Shown in pieces: positions 31,055-42,837 of a DNA stretch of 64,000 nucleotides. How positions within the stretch are numbered: the first letter of the stretch is position 1; the number at the start of each line of letters is the position of its first letter. The position numbers were made by a program, and so were the translations under genes. Below the pieces are notes generated by a model. That model worked only from the letters and a program-made list of their open reading frames with translations, ran no database searches and had not been told where the DNA came from. Source of the stretch: an uncultured Streptococcus sp. (GTDB lineage Bacteria; Bacillota; Bacilli; Lactobacillales; Streptococcaceae); assembly GCA_963518235.1 (NCBI GenBank), contig CAUQIP010000007.1:5526-69525 (forward strand), read 5' to 3'.

Positions 31055-31936
31055 CTACTCTTTCGGTTTTGAAAATACTTCTACTCGTTGAGCTAGGACT
31101 TTGATTTCTACAGGTAGGTTATCCGATTTATCGCCGTCAACATCTGACTCCAATTCACTATCTGAAGAGATCTTAATATTACGCGCTTTGATATACTCGA
31201 TATTATCATTTGCAACAACATCCCCTTTTAGTAAATCAGGAATAACGGATAATTTAGAGAATATTGAAGCATCTTTCAGAATCAAAATGTTAGCATAGCC
31301 ATCTTTGTTTTCTTCAAAGATTTTCTTATCAGCGAAGTAATTTGTCAAGAGAACCAACACATGGCTAGCTTCACCAACATAATTTCCATTTTCTGTCTCA
31401 ACCTTAATATTAAAGACTTGATCCGTCATGACAGACTTCATGGTATTTACAGCATAGGCAAGAATACCAAATTTTGTCTTGTCCTCAATTTCAACATTAT
31501 GAATCGCCTCAGGAAGAGAACCAATACTAAAGATATAACCAAAATAATTGTCATTTGCTTTACCGATATCAATCTTATTGGTTAAGTTGAAATCCAGTTC
31601 ATCAATCGCGCCATCGATATCTTGGTTGATTTCCAATAATTTTGTAATGAGGTTACCCGTCCCACCAGGGATAATCCCTAACTTAGGAATGTAGTCTCTC
31701 TCAGCAATACCCGAAATCACTTCATTGACAGTCCCATCTCCACCAAACACAACCACTGCATCGTACTGCTCACTAGAAGCTTCTTCAGCAAAATGTGTTG
31801 CATCAAGCGCTTTTTCGGTAATTTTGGTTTCCACGTGTTCAAAGTATTCTTTTGCTTTGTTCTCCAGCTTATCTTTGTAATCCAAAGCCTTTTCCCCACC
31901 AGAAGTAGGGTTGATAATTACCATTGCCTTTTTCAT
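31055..31936 (-). CDS. dagK: Diacylglycerol/lipid kinase (DagK/YegS family)
   Basis: VIINPTSGGEK and VVVFGGDGTVNEV motifs; 293 aa. Confidence 0.8.
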   Translation of the reverse strand: MKKAMVIINPTSGGEKALDYKDKLENKAKEYFEHVETKITEKALDATHFAEEASSEQYDAVVVFGGDGTVNEVISGIAERDYIPKLGIIPGGTGNLITKLLEINQDIDGAIDELDFNLTNKIDIGKANDNYFGYIFSIGSLPEAIHNVEIEDKTKFGILAYAVNTMKSVMTDQVFNIKVETENGNYVGEASHVLVLLTNYFADKKIFEENKDGYANILILKDASIFSKLSVIPDLLKGDVVANDNIEYIKARNIKISSDSELESDVDGDKSDNLPVEIKVLAQRVEVFSKPKE

Positions 31937-32170
31937 TGACAGTACTCCTTAATTTTTAAATAGAAATGTTAGCGTAGCTGCATTTACCATTACATATAAT
32001 GCTATTATATAATGAAAATGCTGAAAAGAAAAATACGACGTACTGGAGATTGATTTATAAAAACATTGAAAAATTATTTAATAAGAATTTTTAGAATACA
32101 AAATATCGGTTGAGTAAAGATTAGCAGATTATATCAGACGACTAGCTTCTAAATATTGTCAATTAACTAT

Positions 32171-33109
32171 CTAAAATAAAGAAACCATTTTATTAATCTG
32201 TTTGCCATTAAATCCAGCTTGCGCGAATATTTCTTTAAAAATTCCTTTTACCTCGTCCTCTTCCTTTTTCTTCCAATCCCCATGAAATTCATTCTCGATT
32301 CGGTAGCTTCTTTGAATAATCACTTTTACATGATTGATTAAAAATTCTTTAGCTAATTTATTATTATTTTTTTGAAGACGATCTAAGTAACGATCACTTA
32401 ATGAAAAAACATAGTATTCTTTGAGACTTGGAACAATATTCTTTATGGTTAAACTATCCTTGCCAAAACAATCTTCAAAATAGAAATCAGTGATGAATTT
32501 ATTTAGATCTTCTCCCCAGTTTTCTTTAATCCAATTCCTCCAGTTTTGATGAGTACCAGGTGTATGACATTCAATTATCGTCTTCATTTTCCAAAGCCAG
32601 TTATCTGCTCCATCACTTCCAGGGGGGAAACTTTCCACCACTGGCATCATATTTCCACACCAATAGTAAACAGTAGCAAAAGCTTTAAAATAATGCTCCA
32701 AATCATGTGGTATTTCTAAATCATCTTTTAATATCCCATCTTTTATTTCTTTACCACCTTTCAAGCTAGGTTCAACATTGATAATTTTTTTATACGGAAC
32801 AGTGATTGAAGTAAGGATGTCAGCCGTAAGTGCTGTACCTTTCGATTTATTGACAAGCAAATGAGCTCCCTTATATCCTGATTCTGATTTTTCTTTATAT
32901 ACTTCAATCTCATTATATTTTTTATCATCCTTTAAAGTATTATATTGATTAATCGAGTTTTGAAACTGAATAATCTCCCAATCATCTTCCTCATAAAAAG
33001 GATACCTCTTATAAAAATCCATTGCCTTTTTACGTACTTCAAATTCACAAGTAACATTATCACTATCTGTAATATCTACTTTATTAATAAATTCATTTAC
33101 TTGTATCAT
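32171..33109 (-). CDS. Orphan hypothetical protein (312 aa), AT-rich
   Basis: Long ORF with an RBS (GGAGGATATTTT). No motif recognised. By eye it is about 30 percent GC, against roughly 40 percent for the neighbours. Confidence 0.5.
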   Translation of the reverse strand: MIQVNEFINKVDITDSDNVTCEFEVRKKAMDFYKRYPFYEEDDWEIIQFQNSINQYNTLKDDKKYNEIEVYKEKSESGYKGAHLLVNKSKGTALTADILTSITVPYKKIINVEPSLKGGKEIKDGILKDDLEIPHDLEHYFKAFATVYYWCGNMMPVVESFPPGSDGADNWLWKMKTIIECHTPGTHQNWRNWIKENWGEDLNKFITDFYFEDCFGKDSLTIKNIVPSLKEYYVFSLSDRYLDRLQKNNNKLAKEFLINHVKVIIQRSYRIENEFHGDWKKKEEDEVKGIFKEIFAQAGFNGKQINKMVSLF

Positions 33110-33329
33110 AAAATATCCTCCAAATTTTTAATTATATAAATTCGTTTAAAAAGACAAATAGATGTGTGTAAATCTACACTAGCTCACTATTTACTCCGTC
33201 TTCAGAAAAAATATCCTTGACTAGCTCAAAATTGCTTAAAACGATTATAGCTTACTTTAAACTTAGATACTGCTTTAATTCAGCTAAGCCAACAGCAATC
33301 AAATCAAAAATATCAAAATGAGGTCACTT

Positions 33330-33956
33330 CTATTGAACTACCTTCCCATACTCGTTTATTTTATCAGCATATTCAGTCAAAAGATTCTTTGAATAAATTT
33401 TTTCAGCCTTTGAATTTCTAACTTCTTTCCAAAGAATAGAAGCTACTTTTAATTTGTTTGAGTAGTTATGACTATTTTCGTCTGCACAGAAATCCTTTAG
33501 AAATTGGTTCCATTGACAAACCGAATGATCATATTTAGCATAATCTGAATTTCCATAATAGACTTTTAGCATATCTTGGATTGTAAAACTCAAATCATTT
33601 TCTCTTTTTACTTTTCTCCAAGCAGTCGCCATATCTGCAGTAAACTTAAAGGGCGAAACATCTGTTAAAGTTGAGAAATATTCTCTAAAGTGTGCATTAA
33701 AGGAGAATCCACATTCAAGTAAGGGCGTATTTAAGGTAACGACTTCTACTTGTTTCTTCTTGCTTTTTATGGATGATTTTTTAATCAAATTCCCCTTAAA
33801 GCACTGCTCAATAATATGATTGAGTTCTTGTTTTGTACCTCTATATTCAAGTCCTAATGATTTGCATATCTGTGAGAGTTCATCACGATACCAATAGTAT
33901 TTATTAAATTCATCAAAGGATGTGACTTTATCAAACTCAGGTCTGCTCTCTATCAA
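33330..33956 (-). CDS. SAP-domain-like hypothetical protein (208 aa)
   Basis: The N-terminal segment YYWYRDELSQICKSLGLEYRGTKQELNHII resembles a SAP helix-extension-helix motif. Confidence 0.55.
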   Translation of the reverse strand: MIESRPEFDKVTSFDEFNKYYWYRDELSQICKSLGLEYRGTKQELNHIIEQCFKGNLIKKSSIKSKKKQVEVVTLNTPLLECGFSFNAHFREYFSTLTDVSPFKFTADMATAWRKVKRENDLSFTIQDMLKVYYGNSDYAKYDHSVCQWNQFLKDFCADENSHNYSNKLKVASILWKEVRNSKAEKIYSKNLLTEYADKINEYGKVVQ

Positions 33957-34027
33957 TATTTCATCTCCACCAAAAACAATTTATTTTTTCACTCAAAGAG
34001 TACCTTACTATCTGCCTGTGTTCATAC

Positions 34028-34062
34028 TTAGGATTCAAGCTCACAATCACACACTCAGCTGT
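34028..34062 (-). repeat. Tentative fourth rlmD-3'-end-like fragment (copy D)
   Basis: Contains GAGTGTGTG, read as AECVIVSL, and sits exactly where homology of the truncated ADP-ribosylglycohydrolase-like fragment ends. The similarity is weak. Confidence 0.25.
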
Positions 34063-34182
34063 TCGGACTTACCGTATCATCCGTGAAAAACAATCCTCAA
34101 GAAATAAAGGAAAATCCTTCGTTTTGATATTGTTCCATTCGTAAACAGAGTTTACAATGTCTCCAACTATTGCTCCTAGCAT
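34055..34182 (-). pseudogene. 5' remnant of an ADP-ribosylglycohydrolase-family gene
   Basis: GGAGGAAACGG is followed by an ATG. The product MLGAIVGDIVNSVYEWNNIKTKDFPLFLEDCF matches the family N-terminus as I remember it. A frameshift in a T5 run precedes FTDDTV, and then homology stops; only about 40 codons remain of an expected 250 or more. Confidence 0.45.
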
Positions 34183-34193
34183 CCGTTTCCTCC

Positions 34194-35000
34194 TTATGGC
34201 ATATCAGATTCGTTAAACATTTCTAATGAATCACTCTTTAAAAATGGCACCACCAAATAAATCCACTCATAAGGCAGGTAAGCTGATAAATAGCCGTGGT
34301 TATAGCCCTTTGCTTCATACAAAATTGTATTTGAATGTAGCTGATGAAATAATTTCGCTGATTCTTTCACACAGTTCAATTCTTTTTCACCATAGATATA
34401 CAGAACCTGAGCCTTGCTAGCAGAAATCATATCTTTCAGCTTGTAATGCCCCATATAGTTTTTGTAAATGGTCACCAATGTTTTAACAGGCGTCCTTGGA
34501 AGATCCTCCAAATAATAAGCTTTTATTTCTTTTGAATAAGCTAGTTTAGGATAGAGTTTGTTCATCATGCTTAACTGAAGTTTGCAAGAGAATTTATTGA
34601 ACATCAGTTTACCAAATAGAGACACTAGAAAGATGCTGATTTTAGCTAACCTTGGTTGAGGAATACAGAGGCTTCCGTCTATGATGGCCTTCTCAGCAAT
34701 TTCACTGTCTAAAGACAAAAGCTCCATGGCAATTTGACCACCAAGTGAAACACCACCGATTGCAAACAATTTCCCACCACAGTTTGCTTTGATATAGTCT
34801 AGAATCTCCAAAGCAGAATCTTCAGTAGAAACATAATCAAGTTGATATTCCTCGCCGTGGCCATTCAAAGTGGGTAGAATAATACGGTATTCTTCTGACA
34901 AGATTCGTGCTTGACGAAGATAATTCCACCAAGAACTGCCACCACCATGTATCAGTAAAATAGGAGGCAAATTCTTATCACCAAATTCATGGAATTTCAT
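34194..35000 (-). CDS. Alpha/beta hydrolase
   Basis: ILLIHGGGSS and nucleophile elbow GVSLGG; 268 aa. Confidence 0.7.
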   Translation of the reverse strand: MKFHEFGDKNLPPILLIHGGGSSWWNYLRQARILSEEYRIILPTLNGHGEEYQLDYVSTEDSALEILDYIKANCGGKLFAIGGVSLGGQIAMELLSLDSEIAEKAIIDGSLCIPQPRLAKISIFLVSLFGKLMFNKFSCKLQLSMMNKLYPKLAYSKEIKAYYLEDLPRTPVKTLVTIYKNYMGHYKLKDMISASKAQVLYIYGEKELNCVKESAKLFHQLHSNTILYEAKGYNHGYLSAYLPYEWIYLVVPFLKSDSLEMFNESDMP

Positions 35001-35057
35001 GTTTAAACTCCTTACTGTAGGACTTTCACTAGCTAATTTTCCTTGTTCAATCAGCTC

Positions 35058-35100
35058 TTAAAGCAGTACCACACACTCGACATAAAACGAGTGAACACTA
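35058..35100 (-). repeat. Fragment resembling the rlmD 3' end (copy C)
   Basis: Reads ...HSFYVECVVLL-stop. It shares the exact 13-mer ACACACTCGACAT (35071..35083) with the real rlmD end (37035..37047). Confidence 0.6.
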
Positions 35101-35202
35101 TGTATGCCAAGTGAACATGTATGTGGGGACATGTCTATAAACCTTTTGACAATAGCATAAGGTTATCGTTAAAAGGTATAACCCCGACAAACTATGATTT
35201 AC

Positions 35203-35823
35203 TCATTTCATTAAATCAGCTATTTCATTCTTCCCATACGCCTTTACATTTTGAATTACATCCTGTTTCCTCTTAATTGATTCAAACAATGATATATCTA
35301 GTACATTTGCGAATTCTTCAAACTGAACCTGCCCGATTCTTCTTATTTCTTTAAGTTTCTCGGCATCTCTTACCTTTCTCTCTGCCTCACTCTTGGGGTA
35401 TCCTTGCCCAAATGGCTCCGAGAAAAGAGCTTCTATTGTTCTTTCAAGATTTTCAGTACCTGACCATGTATAATTTTCACCTAATGGTAATGATATCGCA
35501 TTTCCATTATTAATCTGAGCAAATAAATAGGCATCATTCGGTGTAGGTGCATACCCGCAAATGATATCAGGCATACTATTACAAGCAAGCATCATTCCTT
35601 GTCCGGAAGAACAGCCCGTAACAACGAAATCAACTGTCCTACTTGCCAACAAGATACCTATAAGAATAGAAATTTCAATATACGAGTATTTTTCATTTTC
35701 TTCCATCGTACAGCCAAAATTTATAACCTCAGATTTCTTTGGAGCATACTTTAATACAGCATCATAGATTATTTTATTTTTGGTCGCTTGCGAACTTGCT
35801 TGAATAACTCCGATTCTCATCAT
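35203..35823 (-). CDS. RpiB/LacA/LacB-family sugar-phosphate isomerase-like protein
   Basis: VVTGCSSGQGMMLACNS...DAYLFAQINNGNAISLP matches the long RpiB-like family as recalled; 206 aa. Confidence 0.6.
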   Translation of the reverse strand: MMRIGVIQASSQATKNKIIYDAVLKYAPKKSEVINFGCTMEENEKYSYIEISILIGILLASRTVDFVVTGCSSGQGMMLACNSMPDIICGYAPTPNDAYLFAQINNGNAISLPLGENYTWSGTENLERTIEALFSEPFGQGYPKSEAERKVRDAEKLKEIRRIGQVQFEEFANVLDISLFESIKRKQDVIQNVKAYGKNEIADLMK

Positions 35824-36180
35824 TTCACCTACTACTTCTAATTTAATTATTTCTTTTTCTTTGGTTTGGGTGCCGGTAATTCATCATATATTGAATTGAA
35901 CAAGCCTTTATTTTCTACACTTCATTTATTCACTGGTTGCAACTTTTGACATCAAAACTACCGCCTCCACATATGAAAATATTTTTCTTTTATACTAATA
36001 AACAAAAGGCAATGAAAATCATTTTAAAATGATACTGTGAAACGGAAAGATTTTCGCCACTTCCAAAAGAAACGACATTCATCACTCCACTTTAAATTAG
36101 AATAGAAAATTCTCTAACATAGATCATCTAATTAGCAAATCGTTACTTTCAATAATGGATATACTAATTTAAAGTTAAAA

Positions 36181-36918
36181 TTACTTTTCCTTACTAATTC
36201 TATTACTCGCCAATATCGTATAAATCAAATAACCAATAAAAATGATAATAAAAATAAGATTAATTTTTAACACAAAATAGAAATTTAACAAATTTGCGAA
36301 CGCATGAAATAATAGACAGTACCCCACAGATTTCGTTTGACGATAAATAAGCCCTAAAACAAAACTTAAAAATAATGTATATATAAAAAATAAAATAAAA
36401 GGAAATCCTTGATGGCTTTCTCCAACTATAAACCATAAAGGCAGATGCCAAATCCCCCAAATTGATCCTACAATCAAATTAGATTGCCAATAAGTATATT
36501 TTTTATCAAGTAACGGTTGTAATATACCTCTCCATCCTAATTCTTCATGTCCACCACCAAAAAAAATTAATTGTATAAAGAATAGCGGCATCAGATAAAT
36601 TGATACTCCGTTTAATTCTAAGGAAGATACAGAGAATAGTATCAAAATTGCTAACAAATGAATAATGAAGTAAATACTACTATTTTTTCTTTTATTAAAT
36701 ACAAAATGTTTAAATTTTATATTATTCCTTTTCAAATAAAAGCCACTTGCAATAGCTGGACCAAGTGCACCTACTATATGTAATATTCTCCCTATAAATG
36801 TTTCTAATCCCAAAATATGAGATTGAGTAAATATGGCAAGAAGCCCCCAAGCTATATAAGTAATTCCGAATGTATAATAAAGATAATTTTTTAAATTCTT
36901 TTTGTCATTTCCTGTCAT
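36181..36918 (-). CDS. CPBP-family (CAAX) intramembrane metalloprotease
   Basis: Motifs EELGWRG, WGIWHLP and LFHAFAN. The gene is very AT-rich. Confidence 0.8.
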   Translation of the reverse strand: MTGNDKKNLKNYLYYTFGITYIAWGLLAIFTQSHILGLETFIGRILHIVGALGPAIASGFYLKRNNIKFKHFVFNKRKNSSIYFIIHLLAILILFSVSSLELNGVSIYLMPLFFIQLIFFGGGHEELGWRGILQPLLDKKYTYWQSNLIVGSIWGIWHLPLWFIVGESHQGFPFILFFIYTLFLSFVLGLIYRQTKSVGYCLLFHAFANLLNFYFVLKINLIFIIIFIGYLIYTILASNRISKEK

Positions 36919-36950
36919 TTTATCTTCCTTATTGATTCATTCCAAGGTTT

Positions 36951-37000
36951 CTAGGATTTTACTAGCAAAGTAACACATTCTACGTGGTACGTCTGTGGAA
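36951..37000 (-). repeat. Diverged duplicate of the rlmD 3' end (copy A) immediately downstream of the rlmD stop
   Basis: Reads VPQTYHVECVTLLVKS-stop, against the genuine [16 protein letters not shown]-stop. It is about 77 percent identical over 57 nt, including the 8 nt after the stop. Confidence 0.65.
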
Positions 37001-37012
37001 CTCAAAAGGTTT

Positions 37013-38380
<1,368 letters not shown>

Positions 38381-38390
38381 CTATTGGCCG

Positions 38391-38429
38391 ACAAAAAAGA
38401 CGGCAACATTACGGTTACCATCTATTATA
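38391..38429 (-). promoter_or_regulatory. rlmD promoter -10 element plus a terminator-like leader hairpin
   Basis: TATAAT at 38429..38424. The RNA GGUAACCGUAAUGUUGCCG followed by UCUUUUUUG lies directly downstream, about 25 nt before the ATG. Confidence 0.35.
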
Positions 38430-38441
38430 CCATGATTTTTC

Positions 38442-39416
38442 TTAAGAACCAAAACTCTTGAAGAAGTTGACAATGGCTTGCCAGAGGGAGCTTAAAAAGT
38501 TCCCGCCGTCCTCTATCGCCTTATCAGCATCAAAGTTAAGGTTGATATTTTTAAAACTATCGCCAGCTTGTGAAACAATACTTTGTTTAAGGTCATTTAG
38601 GGTTTTAGTGAAGTCAGCATTGCTGAGAATATCACTCTTTGAGAGATTTAAAGCAAAATTGATGATGATATTGATCTGGTTTCCTGTTATAACCTGATCA
38701 AGTTTGTAATTTTTCAAGGTATCTTCAACAATTTTACGGACATCTTCCTCTGTCAGATTTCCCTTGCTTTCTTTAGCTTTGGCGAGTCCTGACTTGATAT
38801 CAGCTAGGGCAACATTTAATTTATTAGCATCATAGCCTGTTTTGTCCTTGTTTTCAGCATTGATATCTGATAAAGCCTTTAGCTCTTCTTGAGCCAACTC
38901 TTTATTGGCTTGTGGCACCTTGGCCCCATTAGCTTCAAGCGAATAGTAAATCCCGGCTAAAGCACTCTCACCTGTAACTGGAATAGGTGCTGCTACAGTG
39001 ATTTTGGCGTGTTCCACACCCAAAGTTACGGCTGCATTTCGGTACATATCCTGCGTCACCTTAGTGATGTTTTCTGGTGTTTCAATCTTGACCTCAAGTG
39101 GCGACTTGTCGCCTAGTTTTTGAATCTTGGCTGATGAATACAATTGTAAGCTAGAGTCATTGGCAACATTCATAATCTTAGAATAGACATCAGGTGTCAT
39201 GGTCTTGAGTTCTTTGGTGTCTGTTGAGGCATTGTAGCCTAGTTTTTTAAGGGTTTGATTTTTTTGGTCTTCAGATAGGGATGAACCTAGGACATATTCA
39301 GGTTGGACATAGGTTTCATCGATAACTTTTTGAACATCTGTTGCTGCATGGGCGCTATTCATAGCTGTTACTGCCCACAAGACCGCAGCACTGGTCAGAA
39401 AGAGTTTCTTTCTCAT
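38442..39416 (-). CDS. Secreted DUF1002-family protein
   Basis: Signal peptide MRKKLFLTSAAVLWAVTAMNSAHA; 324 aa; repeat-like K/E-rich domains. Confidence 0.65.
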   Translation of the reverse strand: MRKKLFLTSAAVLWAVTAMNSAHAATDVQKVIDETYVQPEYVLGSSLSEDQKNQTLKKLGYNASTDTKELKTMTPDVYSKIMNVANDSSLQLYSSAKIQKLGDKSPLEVKIETPENITKVTQDMYRNAAVTLGVEHAKITVAAPIPVTGESALAGIYYSLEANGAKVPQANKELAQEELKALSDINAENKDKTGYDANKLNVALADIKSGLAKAKESKGNLTEEDVRKIVEDTLKNYKLDQVITGNQINIIINFALNLSKSDILSNADFTKTLNDLKQSIVSQAGDSFKNINLNFDADKAIEDGGNFLSSLWQAIVNFFKSFGS

Positions 39417-39489
39417 AGGGAATTTCCTCCTTTACCTTTCTAGAGTAATATATCTATCTTAAAGAAAACTTATAACAAAAACACCTGGA

Positions 39490-40104
39490 CTAGCCAGATG
39501 TTGAAAAGAGAGTGAAACATTTGATGATGTAAAGGTTGAGTTGAACCTGTCTAGAATAATAATAGTTTCCTCCATTTACATAGAGTTCGGCACCGTGAAA
39601 AATGGAAATGGGGTGAATATAACTATAAGTCTTTCCAGTGGTATTGCCAAGCAAGGGAGCAACCGTATCACGAGAGTACTGTTTAGCCAGTGCTAGGGTA
39701 TTTTCCTTGCCATTTTGGGCGATAAAATCGATATAGGCAGGTCCAAAATTATAGGCTTGAACAGCTGTCCAGACATCAACACCCTTCTTCTGAGCCAGAT
39801 AGAGATTGTCTGTCAGAGTTTGAACGCCTTGCCGAATGCTGGAGGCATTATCATTGATGGTATTGGTGGAACCACTTGCAGACTCACTAGACTGCATGAC
39901 GTCGCCTTCTTTTCCTTTTGTTTCAGTATAAATCATAGCGAGCACGAGCTCTTCGTTTGCTGGGGTGTCTTTTTCACTCAAGATTTCGCGCACCATGGGT
40001 TGATAGGTCATGACTTGCTTGACATCTTGGTGAACGCGGTAAGCTTTATAGCCAGCAAAAAGGAAGACTGCTAGTACAAGCACTCTTCGAATTCGTTTAA
40101 ACAT
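39490..40104 (-). CDS. Lysozyme-like family membrane-anchored protein
   Basis: N-terminal TM anchor and the segment [23 protein letters not shown] typical of lysozyme-like (CwlT-N type) domains. Confidence 0.6.
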   Translation of the reverse strand: MFKRIRRVLVLAVFLFAGYKAYRVHQDVKQVMTYQPMVREILSEKDTPANEELVLAMIYTETKGKEGDVMQSSESASGSTNTINDNASSIRQGVQTLTDNLYLAQKKGVDVWTAVQAYNFGPAYIDFIAQNGKENTLALAKQYSRDTVAPLLGNTTGKTYSYIHPISIFHGAELYVNGGNYYYSRQVQLNLYIIKCFTLFSTSG

Positions 40105-41078
40105 TATTTACTTTGAATATCCTCGATATTTTTGATTAAGATAGAGTAAGTTCCATTGTCGTTTTGGATAAACTCAACAGACTCGGCGTCTTGATAGACG
40201 TTATTGGGAACGATGAGCTCAATTCCATTTGACAAGGAGAGTTTTTGGTTTTCAAATTTTTTAAGCTGACGACTGGCATCAATTTCATCAAATTGAACAG
40301 GTTCTGGTACAGCTTCTTTAACTTGGTCAATAAAGCTCAAACGAGCAGTCAGATTGTTATCAAAAAGGTCGTTTGCCAATTTTTCAGGCGACAATTCATT
40401 GCTTTCTTCTAGGTTGTTGAAAATGGCTGATTTAATCTTGGATTGAAATTGAAAATCATCTGTGTTAAAAGTTTCAGCAATTCTCTGGGCTGTTTTTTCC
40501 AGTTCCTTGATGGATTTCTTAGGAGAAATTTTAGGAGCGACAGCAAGAAGATTATCTGAAAAATAGTTCAAAAAAGTCCCGTTGTACTTGATTCGTTTTT
40601 CAATCAGATGGTACTTGCGACTCTGAAGATTGACCACCAAGGCCTCGTCAGCACCCGTTCCAAATCCAGGCAAGTTATTTTGAGTTAGCTTGATTGGATT
40701 ATCAACCTCTCCACCGAGGTGGGTCAGGGTCTCACGCAGAGCAATTCGTAAGAAAGCAAAATGTTCTACACCTTCTTTAGAAAATTGCACAAAAATCAAG
40801 TCATTGGTCTTGAGATTTTCAGAAATACTGAACTCTTCTTTCCAGAGATTAGCCAATGTTACTGATGTCTCCAACAAATCGTCTGTGATGTGATTGAAGA
40901 AGGGATTTTCTTCTTCGAAAATCCCAGTCTTGGCTTCATCTGAATACACACGTTCAATTTTTTTACGCAGGTATTCTTCGATTTTTGGAGTGATATTGAG
41001 AAACTTATCCGCTAGAAACAGCTCGGTATCATCCGGACTGAACTGGTGGATAATGGCTTTCTTAATATAAATGTCCAT
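40104..41078 (-). CDS. Nucleoid-associated protein (NdpA/YejK-like family)
   Basis: Begins [15 protein letters not shown], a typical family N-terminus. The ORF-track start at 41111 would overlap glyA. Confidence 0.75.
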   Translation of the reverse strand: MDIYIKKAIIHQFSPDDTELFLADKFLNITPKIEEYLRKKIERVYSDEAKTGIFEEENPFFNHITDDLLETSVTLANLWKEEFSISENLKTNDLIFVQFSKEGVEHFAFLRIALRETLTHLGGEVDNPIKLTQNNLPGFGTGADEALVVNLQSRKYHLIEKRIKYNGTFLNYFSDNLLAVAPKISPKKSIKELEKTAQRIAETFNTDDFQFQSKIKSAIFNNLEESNELSPEKLANDLFDNNLTARLSFIDQVKEAVPEPVQFDEIDASRQLKKFENQKLSLSNGIELIVPNNVYQDAESVEFIQNDNGTYSILIKNIEDIQSK

Positions 41079-41085
41079 AAAAGTT

Positions 41086-42342
41086 TTAGTCCTCGTATAA
41101 TGGGAAGGCATCTGTCAATTCTTTGACTGCACTTCTCACTTCTTCTAAGACAGCCTCATTTTCTGCATTTTTAAGGGTTTTAATGATGAGTTCAGCCACT
41201 TTGCGACTTTCTTCTTCACCAAATCCACGTGCAGTAATGGCTGCAGATCCGATACGAATACCACTTGTCTTGAATGGTGACAAGGTTTCGTAAGGAATTG
41301 AGTTTTTATTTAGGGTAATATTGACTTCATCCAGCAAGTTTTGAGCAACTTTTCCGTTTTCTACAACCTTAGTTACATCCACTAGGAAGAGGTGGTTTTC
41401 AGTTCCGCCAGAAATAATACGGAAATCAGGGTCTTGCAAGAAGACATCTGCCATAGCCTTGCTGTTCTTGATAACATTAGCAGCATATTCCTTGAAAGCT
41501 GAATCCAAAACTTCTTTGAAGGAAACAGCCTTCGCAGCCACAACATGTTCCAAAGGACCTCCCTGAATACCAGGGAAAATAGCTGAATTGATTTTCTTAG
41601 CAAGTTCTTCGTCATTGGTCAAAATCAAACCACCACGTGGTCCACGAAGGGTTTTATGAGTCGTTGTTGTCGTGATATGAGCGTATGGCACTGGGCTCGG
41701 ATGTAGACCAGCTGCAACCAAACCAGCGATATGAGCCATATCTACCATGAGCTTAGCACCAACAGAATCCGCGATTTCACGGAATTTTGAAAAGTCGATA
41801 ATTTGAGAATAGGCTGAAGCACCTGCTACGATCAATTTTGGTTTTACTTCTTGGGCTTGTTTCAAGATAGCATCAAAATCCAAGATTTCCGTTTCAGGGT
41901 CAACACTGTAAGAAACAAAGTTGTAGGTTTGACCTGAGAAACTAACTGGAGCTCCGTGGGTCAAGTGTCCACCTGCTGCCAAATCCATTCCCATAACCGT
42001 ATCACCTGGTTCAATCAAGGCCATGTAAGCCGCACAGTTAGCTTGGCTTCCTGAATGTGGTTGGACATTGGCAAATTTAGCACCGAAAATTTCTTTTGCG
42101 CGTTCAATAGCAAGAGTCTCTACCACGTCTACCACATCAGTTCCACCATAATAACGGCGACCTGGGTAGCCTTCGGCGTATTTATTCGTCAAGATAGACC
42201 CTTGAGCTGCCATAACAGCCTTGGAAACAACGTTTTCCGAAGCAATCAACTCAATGTTGTTTTGTTGGCGTTCTTCTTCTTTGGCAATAGCATTCCATAG
42301 ATCAGCATCGTATGCTTTAAAATCGTCTTTGTCAAAAATCAT
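41086..42342 (-). CDS. glyA: Serine hydroxymethyltransferase
   Basis: 418 aa, with the segment [17 protein letters not shown] containing the PLP lysine. Confidence 0.95.
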   Translation of the reverse strand: MIFDKDDFKAYDADLWNAIAKEEERQQNNIELIASENVVSKAVMAAQGSILTNKYAEGYPGRRYYGGTDVVDVVETLAIERAKEIFGAKFANVQPHSGSQANCAAYMALIEPGDTVMGMDLAAGGHLTHGAPVSFSGQTYNFVSYSVDPETEILDFDAILKQAQEVKPKLIVAGASAYSQIIDFSKFREIADSVGAKLMVDMAHIAGLVAAGLHPSPVPYAHITTTTTHKTLRGPRGGLILTNDEELAKKINSAIFPGIQGGPLEHVVAAKAVSFKEVLDSAFKEYAANVIKNSKAMADVFLQDPDFRIISGGTENHLFLVDVTKVVENGKVAQNLLDEVNITLNKNSIPYETLSPFKTSGIRIGSAAITARGFGEEESRKVAELIIKTLKNAENEAVLEEVRSAVKELTDAFPLYED

Positions 42343-42404
42343 AGGTCTTCTCCTTTTATTGTGTGACTAGTCCATTAGTTTAATTTTCTAATAAGAAAAT
42401 TAAA

Positions 42405-42836
42405 CTAAAAGATGCGAATAAACCGTTTCTGCACTTTATCACAAGTATAACCAACTTTTTCATAAAATGCATGAGCACCCAGACGATGGTCGGCAGAGTT
42501 TAAGCGGATAAACCCATAGCCGCGTCTTTTTGCTTCTTTCTCCAACCCTTGCAGTAAGATTTTACCAATACCTTGACCTTGCGCTTGAGGTAAAACTGCT
42601 AAGGCTAAGATATTAAATCCTGCTTTGGAATAAAGGGATTCGTAAACCTCAGCGTGGACATAACCAAGCAAGACATGACTGTCTTCATCCTCATAACCAA
42701 GTAGGAAATGATGTTCATCTTGAGATAATCTGGTTAGTTGACTAGCTGTCTCCTCTGGACTAAAAGAATAGCCCAAAGCCTCTTGGTTGATGTCACATAT
42801 AGCTTTCACATCTGTTTCTTGCAAATCTCTTAACAT
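42405..42836 (-). CDS. GNAT-family N-acetyltransferase
   Basis: QAQGQGIGKILL acetyl-CoA motif. The start was set at MLRDLQ, after GAGGAGGAATAAA. Confidence 0.8.
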   Translation of the reverse strand: MLRDLQETDVKAICDINQEALGYSFSPEETASQLTRLSQDEHHFLLGYEDEDSHVLLGYVHAEVYESLYSKAGFNILALAVLPQAQGQGIGKILLQGLEKEAKRRGYGFIRLNSADHRLGAHAFYEKVGYTCDKVQKRFIRIF

Positions 42837-42837
42837 T

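Noticed and set aside
33150-33185. Possible additional rlmD-end-like fragment (GATGTGTGTAAATCTACAC) between the two orphan genes.
   Set aside because: It shares only a short GTGTGTA core, is in the opposite orientation, and has no flanking similarity or coding continuity. It is indistinguishable from chance.
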